A DNA stretch of 60,000 nucleotides from the NCBI GenBank assembly GCA_030390025.1, contig CM059432.1, positions 104,782,001 to 104,842,000 of the forward strand. Reading direction: 5' to 3'. Both the position numbers and the translations under genes were made by a program. The stretch's first letter is position 1. Each line of letters starts with the position of its first letter. Shown here piece after piece: positions 33,739-46,000 of the stretch. The DNA comes from Squalus acanthias. Lineage: Eukaryota. The notes beneath the pieces were generated by a model. The model saw nothing but the letters and a program-made list of their open reading frames with translations, searched no databases and had not been told where the DNA came from.

Positions 33739-36549
33739 TTGAAAGTTCTTTATCTGAATGCACGTAGCATTCGTAACAAAATGGACGAGTTAACAGCACA
33801 AATAACTATGTATGGGTATGATCTTGTGGCCATTACAGAAACATGGCTGCAGGGTGACAACGACTGGGAACTAAATATGCCAGGGTATTTCACAATCAGG
33901 AAGGACAGGCAGGAAGGAAGGGGAGGTGGGGTGGCTATGTTAATAAAGGAAGGAATCACTGTAATACAGAGAAATGATATTGGGTCAAAGGATCAGGATA
34001 ATGAAACAGTTTGGGTGGAGATAAGGAATAATAAGGGGGAAAAAACACCAGTGGGAGTAGGAAATAGGCCTCCTAATAGTTGCAACTCTGCTGGAAGAAG
34101 TATTAATCAGGAAATAGTTGGGGCATGTAATAAGGGAACAGCTATAATTATGGGGGATTTTAACTATCATATTAACTGGACAAATCAAATTGGGCAGGGC
34201 AGCCTTGAGGAAGAGTTTATTGAGTGTATTAGGGATGGATTTCTTGAGCAATATGTAACTGATCCTACAAGGGGGCAAGCAACCTTGGACCTGGTCCTGT
34301 GTAATGAGTCAGGATTAATTAATAATGTCCTAGTTAAGGATCCCCTTGGAATGAGTGACCATAACATGGTTGAATTCCATATCCAATTAGAGGGTGAGAA
34401 GGTTGGTTCTCAAACAAGCGTACTGAGCTTGAATAAAGGAGACTATGATGGTATGAGAGCGGAATTGATTAAAGTGGACTGGGAAAATAGATTAAAGGGT
34501 AAGACGGTACATGAGCAGTGGTGTTCATTTAAGGAGTTATTTTACAACTTTCAAAAAAAAAATATTCCACTGAGGAAAAAAGGGTGTAAAAGAAATGACA
34601 GCCATCCGTGGCTAAGTAAAGAAATTAAGGATAGTATCCGACTAAAAACAAGGACATATAAGGTAGCCAAACTTAGTGGGAGGATAGAAGATTGGGAAGT
34701 CTTCAAAAGACAGCAAAAAGTAACTAAAGGATTGATTAAGAAAGGGAAGATAGATTATGAAAATAAATTAGCAAAAAATATAAAAACAGATAGCAAGAGT
34801 TTCTATAGTTATATAAAAAGAAAAAGGGTGGTTAAGGCAAACGTAGGTCCCTTAGAGGATGAGACCGGGAAATTAATGGTGGGAAACATGGAGATGGCAA
34901 AAATGCTGAACAAATATTTTGTTTCAGTCTTTACGGTAGAGGACACTAAGAATATCCCAACACTGGACAAACAGGGGGCTCTAGGGGGGGAGGAGCTAAA
35001 TACGATTAAAATCACTAAGGAATTGGTACTCAGTAAAATAATGGGACTCAAGGCGGATAAATCCCCTGGATCTGATGGCTTACATCCTAGGGTCTTGAGG
35101 GAAGTGGCAGTAGGGATTGTGGATGCTTTGGTAATAATTTTCCAAAATTCCCTGGACTCAGCAAAGGTCCCGGCAGATTGGAAAACTGCTAATGTAACAC
35201 CCTTATTTAAAAAGGGTAGTAGGCAGAAGGCTGGAAATTATAGACCAGTTAGCCTAACATCTGTGGTGGGTAAAATTTTGGAGTCTATTATTAAGGAGAC
35301 AGTAACGGAACATTTAGATAAACATAATTTAATAGGACAAAGTCAGCATGGCTTTATGAAGGGGAAGTCATGTCTGACAAATTTGCTTGAGTTCTTTGAG
35401 GACATAACGTACAGGGTGGATAAAGGGGAACCAGTGGACGTAGTATATTTAGACTTCCAGAAGGCATTCGACAAGGTGCCACATAAAAGATTATTGCTCA
35501 AGATAAAAAATCACTGGATTGGGGGTAATATTCTGGCATGGGTGGAGGATTGGTTATCTAACAGGAAGCAGAGAGTTGGGATAAATGGTTCATTCTCGGA
35601 CAGGCAACCAGTAGCCAGTGGTGTTCCGCAGGGGTCGGTGCTGGGTCCCCAACTCTTTACAATCTATATTAACGATCTGGAGGAGGGGACCGAGTGTAAC
35701 ATATCAAAGTTTGCAGATGATACAAAGATGGGAGGGAAAGTAGAAAGTGAGGAGGACATAAAAAACCTACAAGGGGATATAGACAGGCTGGGTGAGTGGG
35801 CGGAGATTTGGCAGATGCAATACAATATTGGAAAATGTGAGGTTATGCACTTTGGCAGGAAAAATCAGAGAGCAAGTTATTATCTTAATGGCGAGAAACT
35901 GGAAAGTATTGCAGTACAAAGGGATCTGGGGGTCCTAGTGCAAGAAAATCAAAAAGTTAGTATGCAGGTGCAGCAGGTGATCAAGAAGGCCAACGGAATG
36001 TTGGCTTTTATTGCTAGGGGGATAGATTATAAAAACAGGGAGGTATTGCTGCAGTTATATAAGGTATTGGTGAGACCGCACCTGGAATACTGCATACAGT
36101 TTTGGTGTCCATACTTAAGAAAAGACATACTTGCTCTCGAGGCAGTACAAAGAAGGTTCACTCGGTTAATCCCGGGGATGAGGGGGTGGACATATGAGGA
36201 GAGGTTGAGTAGATTGGGACTCTACTCATTGGAGTTCAGAAGAATGAGAGGCGATCTTATTGAAACATATAAGATTGTGAAGGGGCTTGATCGGGTGGAG
36301 GCGGTAAGGATGTTCCCAAGGATGGGTGAAACTAGAACTAGGGGGCATAATCTTCGAATAAGGGGCTGCTCTTTCAAAACTGAGATGAGGAGAAACTTCT
36401 TCACTCAGAGGGTAGTAGGTCTGTGGAATTTGCTGCCCCAGGAAGCTGTGGAAGCTACATCATTAAATAAATTTAAAACAGAAATAGATAGTTTCCTCGA
36501 GGTAAAGGGAATTAGGGGTTACGGTGAGCGGGCAGGAAATTGGACATGA
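33739..36549 (+). CDS. CR1 ORF2, APE endonuclease + reverse transcriptase, 936 codons uninterrupted (start uncertain)
   Basis: [46 protein letters not shown]. The ORF begins at TTG; the first ATG is at 33781. Confidence 0.88.
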   Translation: MKVLYLNARSIRNKMDELTAQITMYGYDLVAITETWLQGDNDWELNMPGYFTIRKDRQEGRGGGVAMLIKEGITVIQRNDIGSKDQDNETVWVEIRNNKGEKTPVGVGNRPPNSCNSAGRSINQEIVGACNKGTAIIMGDFNYHINWTNQIGQGSLEEEFIECIRDGFLEQYVTDPTRGQATLDLVLCNESGLINNVLVKDPLGMSDHNMVEFHIQLEGEKVGSQTSVLSLNKGDYDGMRAELIKVDWENRLKGKTVHEQWCSFKELFYNFQKKNIPLRKKGCKRNDSHPWLSKEIKDSIRLKTRTYKVAKLSGRIEDWEVFKRQQKVTKGLIKKGKIDYENKLAKNIKTDSKSFYSYIKRKRVVKANVGPLEDETGKLMVGNMEMAKMLNKYFVSVFTVEDTKNIPTLDKQGALGGEELNTIKITKELVLSKIMGLKADKSPGSDGLHPRVLREVAVGIVDALVIIFQNSLDSAKVPADWKTANVTPLFKKGSRQKAGNYRPVSLTSVVGKILESIIKETVTEHLDKHNLIGQSQHGFMKGKSCLTNLLEFFEDITYRVDKGEPVDVVYLDFQKAFDKVPHKRLLLKIKNHWIGGNILAWVEDWLSNRKQRVGINGSFSDRQPVASGVPQGSVLGPQLFTIYINDLEEGTECNISKFADDTKMGGKVESEEDIKNLQGDIDRLGEWAEIWQMQYNIGKCEVMHFGRKNQRASYYLNGEKLESIAVQRDLGVLVQENQKVSMQVQQVIKKANGMLAFIARGIDYKNREVLLQLYKVLVRPHLEYCIQFWCPYLRKDILALEAVQRRFTRLIPGMRGWTYEERLSRLGLYSLEFRRMRGDLIETYKIVKGLDRVEAVRMFPRMGETRTRGHNLRIRGCSFKTEMRRNFFTQRVVGLWNLLPQEAVEATSLNKFKTEIDSFLEVKGIRGYGERAGNWT

Positions 36550-36789
36550 GGCTGAGTTCGGATCGGTCAGGGCCCTGTGGGTGGCGGAGCCGGCCCAGGG
36601 GCTGAGTGGCCGGGTCCTGCTCCTACTTCTTGTGTTCTTTAGATTTGAGGTTAGGATCAGATCAGCCATGATCTTATTGAATGGCGGAGCAGGCTCGAGG
36701 GGCCGATTGGCCTACTCCTGCTCCTATTTCTTATGTTCACTACCACTTCTCTTCCAGGACTGCTTGTCTTGAAAACATGCTGTTCCCCT

Positions 36790-37920
36790 TCGTTCAGGCT
36801 TCTGTTTGTTTCGATTTTCCAGCTGGGTGGGACTACCCTCACCTGGTTTAATTCTTATCTATCCAGTCGAAGCCAGAGAATCACCGGCAATGGCTTCTCT
36901 TCCCGCTCCCGCACCTCTGGAGTCCCCCCAAGGCTCTATCCTGGACCTCCTCCTATTTTTCATCTACCTGCTGCCCCTCGCGACATCATCCGAAGAAACA
37001 ACATGAGGTTCTACTTGTATGCTGACGATACCCTGCTTTACTTCACCACCACCTCTCTCAACCACTAAACAAAGTCTCTGATTTGTCACGCTACTTGGCC
37101 AACATCCAGTCCTGGATGAGCATAAATTTCCTTCAACTGAATATTGGGAAGAGCCACTGTCTTTGGTCTCCGCCACAAACTTCCGTTTCCTAGCCACTGA
37201 CTCCATCCCTCTCCCTAGTGACTGTCTGCAGCTGAACCAGACTGTTTGCAACCTTAGCGTCCTATCTGACCCTGAGATGAGCTTCCGACCACATATCCAC
37301 TCCCATCACCAAGACTGCATACTTCCAGCTCCATAACATCGTCTGTCTCCGCCCTCTGCCTGAGCTCATCTGCTGCTGAAACCTTCATCCATGCCTTTGT
37401 TATCTCTAGACTTGACTATTCCAACGCACTCCTGGCTGGCCTCTCATCTTCCACCCTCCATAAACCTTAAGCTCCTCCAAAACTATGCTGCCTGTATCCT
37501 AACTCGTACCAAGTCCCATTCACCCATCACCCCTGTGCTCGCTGACCTACATTGGCTCCCGGTTCGGCAATGCCTACATTTTAAAATTCTCATCGTTGTT
37601 TTCAAATCCCTTCCATGGCTTCGCCCCGCCCTATCTCTGTAACCACCTCTAGCCCTACAACACTCCGAGATCTCTGTGCTCCTCTAATTCTGGCCTCTTG
37701 CGCATTCCTGATTTTAATCACTCCACCATTGGCGGCCGTGCCTTCAGCTGTCTAGGCCCTAAGCTCTGGAATTCCCTCCCTAAACCACTGTAACTCTCTC
37801 TCCTCCTTTAGGACGCCTCACGTGGTTTGGTGTCAAATTCTGTTTGATAACGCTTCTATGAAGTAATTTATGACGTTTTACCACATTAAAGGTGCTATAT
37901 GAATACAAATTGTTGTTGCT
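36790..37920 (+). mobile_element. Degenerate L2 LINE 3' portion
   Basis: PQGSIL, LYADDT, LTRTKSHSPITPVLADLHWLPV; tail AAAGGTGCTATATGAATACAAATTGTTGTTG. Confidence 0.85.
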
Positions 37921-38119
37921 GTATATTCACCATCATTGCTGTCTTTTTCTCTTCTGGTCTACGACTGTGTATTAGCCAAATGATCTCTGATTAAAGGTCT
38001 ATGCCCAAAATGTTAACTTGTATTTTTTTTTTTGGGTGCTGATTGACTGGCTGTGTATTTTCATCGTTTTATGTTTTCATTTCTAAAATTATTTTGGAAA
38101 AAAGATTTTATACACTTTG

Positions 38120-38310
38120 TTGCCAATTTCCCTTTTCCTCTACGGAAGGCACTGAATTTTGGGAGTATGGTTTCACAGGTGTTGGTAGTCCTCCGATAGC
38201 TTGTCCAAATAGCCATTCTTCATGTGCCAGTCTGAAGCCTGTCTGAAGACTATTCTATCATAGAGAGCATCACAGTCAAGCCTGATCTTATACTCACCTT
38301 CTGTTCACAC
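38120..38310 (-). mobile_element. Ancient SINE-like repeat fragment (copy 3)
   Basis: Reverse complement contains ATGAAGAATGGCTATTTGG…GTGCCTTC, shared with the other copies. Confidence 0.5.
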
Positions 38311-38314
38311 ATCT

Positions 38315-40620
38315 ACCGGTCACAGATGCATCTGTCTATGACAGTTGACAGTATTGGTAGCAGTGACCACCGTACAGTCATTATGGAGACGAAGTCCCAT
38401 CTTCACACTGAGGCCACCCTCCATCGTGTTATGTGGCACTACCACCATGCTAAATGGGATAGATTCGGAACAGATCTAGCAGCTCAAAACTGGGCATCCA
38501 TGAGGCGCTGTGGGCCATCAGCAGCAGCAGAATTGTATTCCACCACAATCTGTAACCTCATGGCCCGGCATATCCCTCACTCTACCATTACAATCAAGCC
38601 AGGGGACCAACTCTGGTTCAATAAGGAGTGTAGAAGAGCATGCCGGGAGCAGCACCAGGCATACCTAAAAATGAGGTGCCAACCTGGGGAAGCTGCAACA
38701 CAGGACTACATGCATGCTAAAAAGCGGAAGCAGCATGCTATAGACAGGGCAAAGCGTTCCCACAATCAACGGATCAGATCAAAGCTCTGCAGTCCTGCCT
38801 CATCCAGTCGTGAATGGTGGTGGACCATTAAACAACCAATGGGAGGAGGAGGCTCCATGAATATCCCCATCCTCAATGATGGTGGAGCGCAGCACGTGAG
38901 TGCAAAAGACAAGGCTGAAGCGTTTGCAACCATCTTCAGCCAGAAGTGCCGAGTGGATGATCCATATCAGCCTACTCCTGAGGTCCCCACCATCACAGAA
39001 GCCAGTCTTCAGCCAATTCGATTCACTCCACGTGATTGATATCAAGAAACGGCTGAGCGCACTGGATACAGCAAAGGCTATGGGCCCGACAGCATCCCGG
39101 CTATCGTGCTGAAGACTTGTGCTCCAGCACTAGCCGCGCCTCTAGCCAAGCTGTTCCAGTACAGCTACAACACTGGCATCTATCCGACAATGTGGAAAAC
39201 TGCCCAGGTATGTCCTGTGCACAAAAAGCAGGACAAATCCAATCCGGCCAATTACCGCCCCATCAGTCTACTCTCAATCATCAGCCAAGTGATGGAAGGT
39301 GTCATCGACAGTACTATCAAGCGGCACTTACTCACCAATAACCTGCTCACTGATGCCCAGTTTGGGTTCCACCAGGACCACTCGGCTCCCGACCTCATTA
39401 CAGCCTTGGTCCAAACATGGACAAAGGAGCTGAATTCCAGAGGTGAGGTGAGAGTGACTGCCCTTGACATCAAGGCAGCATTTGACCGAGTGTGGCATCA
39501 AGGAGCCCGAGTAAGTCAATGGGAATCGGGGGGAAAACTCTCCACTGGCTGGAGTCATATCTAGCACAAAGGAAGATGGTTGTGGTGGTTGAAGGTCAAT
39601 CATCACAGCCCCAGGACATCGCTGCAGGAGTTCCTCAGGGCAGTGTCCTAGGCCCAACCATCTTTAGCTGCTTCATCAATGACCTTCCCTCCAACATAAA
39701 GTCAGAAATGGGGTGTTCGCTGATGACTGCACAGTGTTCAGTGCCATTCACAACTCCTCAGATAATGAAGCAGTCCATGCCCGCATGCAACAAGACCTGG
39801 ACGACGTTCAGGCTTGGGTTGATAAGTGGCAGGTAACATTCGCGCCACACAAGTGCCGAGCAATGACTATCTCCAACAAGCGAGAATCTAACCACCTCCC
39901 TGTGACATTCAACGGCATTACCATCGCCGAATCCCCCACCATCAACATCCTGGGAGTCACCATTGACCAGAAACTTAACTGGACCAGCCACATAAATCCT
40001 GTGGCAACAAGAGCAGGTCAGAGGCCAGGTGTTCTGTAGCAAGTGTCTCACCTCCTGACTCCCCAAAACCTTTCCACCATCTACAAGGCACAAGTAAGGA
40101 GTGTGATGGAATACTCTCCACTTGCCTGGATGAGTGCAGCTCCAACAACACTCAAGAAGCTCGACACCATCCAGGACAACGCAACCCGCTTGATTGGCAC
40201 CCCATCCACCACCTTATACAGTCACTCCCTCCACCACCGGCGTACTGTGGCTGCAGTGTGTACCATCTACAAGATGCACTGCAGCAACTCGTCAAGACTT
40301 CTTCGGCAGCACCTCCCAAACCCGTGACCTCTTCCACTACAAGGACAAGGGCGGTAGGCGCATGGGGACACCACCACCTACAAGTTCCCGTCCAAGTCAC
40401 ACACCATCCTGACTTAGAAATATATCGCCGATCCTTTATCGTCGCTGGGTCAAAATCCTGGAACTCCCTCCCTAACAGCACTGTGGGAGTACCCTCACTA
40501 CAGGGACTGCAGCGGTTCAAGAAGGTGGCTCACCACCACCTTCTCAAGGGCAATTAGGGATGGGCAATAAATGGTGGCCTTGCCAGTGACGCCCAGATCC
40601 CATAAACGAATAAAAAAAAA
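38315..40620 (+). mobile_element. 5'-truncated CR1/L2-group LINE (family B), frameshifted
   Basis: [43 protein letters not shown], …HHHLLKGN*, then an A-rich tail at 40608-40620. Confidence 0.88.
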
Positions 40621-40626
40621 TACATG

Positions 40627-41436
40627 GGGCAGAATTTTCATTGAGCCGTGGAGGCGGGTCTGGATTGAAAATAGCTGAATCGGGGGTCCCGACCCCATCC
40701 CGCCTCCATGCCAGTTTCGCTGGAGGTGGGTACCCGACCTGTGCTGGGACCCACCTCCCCGAGGCGGGAAGGGGATTAGTGGCAATAAACTGCCTGTTAA
40801 CAGGCAGTTTTTTGCCTAATCCCTATTTTTATGCCTGAAATGTGGGCTCTCCGACAGGTCCCAACCACGCTGTTTCAGCGAGGCGGACCGTGGGTCTGCA
40901 GGGGTTGGAGGGGTCAATATGTCCGGTGGGCAGGTGAGTGATGGGTGCATGTGTGCAGAGGTAAGTGTGTAAGGTAAGTGTAAAGTGTGGAAAAAAGTTT
41001 TACTTACCTTAACTTCCTCCTGCAGGTGTCAGCCCTTCAGGTCTCGGGAGTCAGAAATCTCACCGGCACAGAAAGCAGAATGGCCGTTGAGCTGTCAAAA
41101 GCTGCAGCCTCTGCTTTTTGTTCTGCAGAGATCTCTAAATCAGCCTGAGAGGAAGGAATTAACTTAGAGTACAGATTGTCAGTGTTTGACAGCTTCAAAG
41201 AGCTGTCAAACGCTGATATTTCATCTGTCAAAAGCTCTTGACAGATGAAATGTCAATCTGTGACGTCACCTGTTGCCAGGTGGCCCTTAATTGGCCTGCT
41301 GAGCCCGCTGGGCGGGCTCAACAAGGTCAATCAAGTTAAAATACAGTGGGTTGGCCACAAGTCGATGGAGGCGGGACTACAACCCAAAAAGTGGGAGTCC
41401 CGCCTCCATCCCGTCCCCAGTTTCAAAATCCAGCCC
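40627..41436 (+). mobile_element. Non-autonomous PIF/Harbinger MITE
   Basis: TIRs GGGCAGAATTTT / GGGCTGGATTTT. ATG TSD at 40624-40626 and 41437-41439. Homologous to 7321-8166. Confidence 0.85.
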
Positions 41437-41559
41437 ATGTACTTTCCAGCGGGAGTCACTGGATAACAATCATAGTTAGATGCTGTGAGGGGAGATTTCA
41501 GGATTCTAAAAGGAAATTGGCTGAATTGCCTCTCTCATTTCTACTTACTTTAGACTTTG

Positions 41560-41895
41560 TTAAGTGAGCCATGCAAATAAGAAAAGTCCCAGATTCAATC
41601 TCAGATCTGTGCTAAGTTATGTATTCTCAACTGGGGTGATGATAAAGGTGATCCAATTGGCCTCCTGGGTTGGGGGGGTGGGGGGGGGGGGAAGAGAATT
41701 GCCTACGGTGCCCTCTTCTGAAGATAATCCAGTAAAGACTGATGGAAATGTATTTATTTGTTTGTGCAGGACTGGCTTGGCTCTGAAGACCTTTGCAGTT
41801 GAATAACCTGCAACACTCACTGTTGAGGTTTACGCACAAATTAAAGCCAATGGCAGTTTACCAGCACTGAGACAAAACTTTCAGGAGAGGAGAAA
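41560..41895 (+). mobile_element. Ancient SINE-like repeat (copy 4)
   Basis: GAGCCAT…GTCCCAGATTCAATC…CAATTGGCCTC…ACACTCACTG…TTTCAGGAGAGGAG. Confidence 0.55.
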
Positions 41896-42086
41896 ATTTG
41901 CAATATTAAAAAAAACTCTTGAATTCAACACATTTTCCACAAAAGCCACATGCTTGGGTTTTCTTTTATAATATGCCCACCCAATGCCTAAACCTAGGTT
42001 ATTGCATCAGGCTCGAAGTTCAACAAATGCAAGTCATAGGCCATAAAATCCATGATATCTGGATTCTTTCACTTTTCACACAATTA

Positions 42087-42296
<210 letters not shown>

Positions 42297-42363
42297 TTAA
42301 CCACAAGAATCTGAAATCCATACAATTACTTTTAAAACTTTACAACTGTGGACATCTGTTTTT

Positions 42364-42387
42364 TATATATATATATATATATATATA
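42364..42387. repeat. (TA)n microsatellite
   Basis: Run of about 12 TA units. Confidence 0.9.
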
Positions 42388-43037
42388 AAGGAGTAAAATG
42401 GTTCATAATCCATGTACTTTACTCAAGTACAAGTCATTAATCTGGTTGGAATGTAAAATTAATTGGTCCATGCATGCGAAAAGGGAGAATACATAAGATT
42501 GTTCCATCAACAGTAATGTAAGCATTGATGAAACTGCACTCACAGCAATTTGCCTGCAGTAGGGTGCATGGTTAAGAACTACTCCCCTTACAGAAAATCA
42601 ATGAAAAAAAAACCATAAAAGTTAGTCAGGGGGTGGAGGGGGCAGAGGTAAGAGAAGTGAAGAAAATCATAAAGTTTAAGAATTAAATGTTTTTATTCAA
42701 GTGTAGGATTTAAAAGTGCAAAGCAGGAACCTATTTGCGCAGCATTGTCACTGGACCAATCAAACGTAGCAGAGAGAAATGAAATTCACTATTAAGAGGT
42801 TGATTTAGTTGATGAAAATTGCTGTGAAAATAGTTTTCAAAACTCTACCTCTTAGGTAGGCTTGTAAATTGAAAATTTCTAAGAAGAAAATTTAGAAAGA
42901 AATTACATTTAACAAACTTATGTCTTCTAATTCATAATTCATGTCTCAACCTGAATTCTCATCAATACACAAACTGAAAGTGACAGAAGAATGTCACTTG
43001 ATCCAAAGTGTCACTGTAATGCTGACTCAAAACCATC

Positions 43038-46000
43038 TACAGATAGACGTTTCTGTGGCTGCAGACGTGACTCCAGGATGGTATGTTGCCTCCCTGGTGC
43101 TAGGGTCAAGGATGTCACTGAGCGGCTGCAGGACATTCTGAAGGGGGAGGGTGAACAGCCAGAGGTCGTGGTCCATATCGGTACCAACGACATAGGCAGA
43201 AAGAGGGACGAGGTCCTGCAAGCAGAATATAGGGAGCTAGGAAATAAATTAAAAAGCAGGACCTCAAAGGTAGTAATCTCAGGATTACTCCCAGTGCCAC
43301 ATGCTAGCGAGAGCAGAAATAGGAGAATAGACCAGATGAATGCGTGGCTGGAGAGATGGTGTAGGAGGGAGGGATTTAAATTCCTGAGGCATTGGGACCG
43401 ATTCTGGGGAAGGTGGGACCTGTACAAGCTGGACGGATTACACCTTGGCAGAACCGGGACCAATATCCTCGCAGGGGGGTTTGCTAGTGCTGTTGGGAAG
43501 GATTTAAACTAGTTTGTCAGGGGGCTGGGAACCTAAGTGTGGGCCCAGAACAGAGAGAAACAAAGCTGGAAGTGCAAGTTGGAAAAGTAGTCAGCAAAAC
43601 TAGTAGGGAGCAGAAACAAAGGCCAACAGTAAAAAGGGTCAAAGTGCAGAAAAATATTAAACAGGCAAAGTCGAAGGCACTTCGTCTAAATGCACGTAGC
43701 ATTCGCAACAAGGTGGATGAATTAATGGCACTAATAGAAGTAAATGGGTATGATGTAATTGCCATTACAGAGACATGGTTGCAGGGTAACCAAAACTGGG
43801 AACTGAATGTTCCAGGGTACTCAATATTTAGGAAGGACAGACAAAAAGGAAAAGGAGGTGGCGTAGCGCTGTTAATAAGGGATGAGATCGGTACGGTAGA
43901 GATAAAAGATCTTGGCTCGGCAGATCGTGATGTAGAACTGGAATCAGTTTGGGTGGAGCTAAGAAACAGCAAAGGGCGGAAAACATTGGTGGGAGTTGTG
44001 CATAGGCCACCAAACAGTAGTGGTAATGTAGGGCACAGTATCAATCAAGAAATTAGAAGTGCATGTAACAAGGGCAATACGGTAATCATGGAGGACTTTA
44101 ATCTACATATTGACTGGGCAAATCAAATTACCACAAAAGGTGTGGAGGACGAATTTTTGGAATGCATGCGAGATGGTTTCCTGGATCAGTATTGGAGGAA
44201 CCAACCAGGAAACAGGCTATTCTAGATCTGGTACTGTGTAATGAGAAAGGGCTAATCAATAATCTTGTGGTAAGGGGCCTTTAGAGACAAGTGACCATAA
44301 TATGATTGAATTTTACATTAAGTTTGAGAGTGATGTAGTCCAATCTGAAACTAAGGTCTTCAATCTAAACAGAGGAAACTTCAAGGGTATGAGGGACAAG
44401 TTGGCTATGGTAGATTGGGAGACTACACTAAAAGGTATGAAGGTGGACATACAATGGCTCACATTCAAGGAAATAATGCATAATTTGCAACAAACATATA
44501 TTCCTCTAGGGCATAAAAACCCAAAAGGAAAAATGATCCAACCATGGCTAACAAAAGAAATTAAAGCTAGTATTAAGTCAAAGGAGGAAGCTTATAAAGT
44601 TGCCAGAAAAAGTGGTCAGCCTGAGGATTGGTATCTTTTTAGAAATCAGCGAAGGGGGACCAAGAAATTAATAAAGAAAGGGAAAATGGAATATGAGCAC
44701 AAACTAGCGAAAAATATAAAAACGGATTGTAAAAGCTTCTATAGGTATGTGAAAAGGAAAAGACTGGCGAAGATAAATGTCAGTCCTTTACAGTCAGAGA
44801 CGGGAGAATTTATAATGGGGAATGAGGAAATGGCTTGAGAAATTAAAGAAATACTTTGTTTCTGTCTTCACGGAGGAAGACACAAAAAACCTCCCAGAAA
44901 TACGAGAAAACCAAGGGTATGGTGAGAATGAGGAACTTAAAGAAATTATTATTAGTAAAAAAACAGTACTAGCAAAATTAATGGGACTAAAAGCCGATAA
45001 ATCCCAAGGACCGGATGACCTACATCCTAGGGTTTTGAAAGAGGTGGCCATTGGGATAGTGGACGCATTGGTTGTCATCTTCCAAAATTCTATAGATTCT
45101 GGAACGGTTCCTGCAGATTGGAGGATAGCAAATGTAACCCTGCTATTTAAGAAAGGAGGGAGAGAGAAAACGGGGAACTACAGACCTGTTAACCTCATCA
45201 GTAGTTGGGAAAATGCTGGAATCTATTATAAAGGATGCAATAACTGGGCACTTAGAAACTAACAGTAAGATTGGGCAGAGTCAACATGGATTTATGAAAG
45301 GGAAATCCTGTTTGACAAACCTATTGGGAGTTCTTTGAGGATGTAACTAGTGGAGTAGACAAAGGGGAACCGGTAGATGTGGTGTATCTGGATTTTCAGA
45401 AGGCCTTCGATAAGGTCCCACACAAGAGGTTGGTGAACAAAATTAGGGCACATGGAATTGGGGGTAATATACTAACATGGATTGAGAATTGGTTAACAGA
45501 CAGAAAACAAAGAGTAGGGATAAACGGTTCTTTTTCAGGATGGCAGGCTGTGACTAGTGGAGTACCGCAAGGATCGGTGCTTGGGCCCCAGCTATTCACA
45601 ATCTATATCAATGATTTGGATGAGGGGACTATAGACATATAGAAGATAGGAGCAGGAGTAGGCCATTCGGCCCCTCGAGCCTGCTCCGCCATTCGATGAG
45701 ATCATGGCTGATCATCCAAACTCAGTACCCTGTCCCTGCCTTCTTCCCATATCCCTTGATACCTTTAGCCTTAAGAAATATATCTAACTCCTTCTTGAAT
45801 ATATTTACTGACTTGGCCTCAACTGCCTTCTGTAGCAGAGAATTCCACAGGTTCACCACTCTCTGGGTGAAGAAATTCCTCCTCATCTCTGTCCTAAATG
45901 GCTTACCCCTTAACTTTAGACTGTGACCTCTTGTTCTGGACTCACCCGCCATCGGGAACATCCTTCCTGCATCCAGTCTGTCTAGCCCTGTTAGAATTTT

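Larger units (their letters stand above)
32260..36738 (+). mobile_element. Full-length CR1 LINE in EXT1 intron 10 (antisense to EXT1)
   Basis: GC-rich 5' UTR with a 75-bp tandem duplication, ORF1, ORF2 and a 3' tail ending TTCTTATGTTC. Confidence 0.93.
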
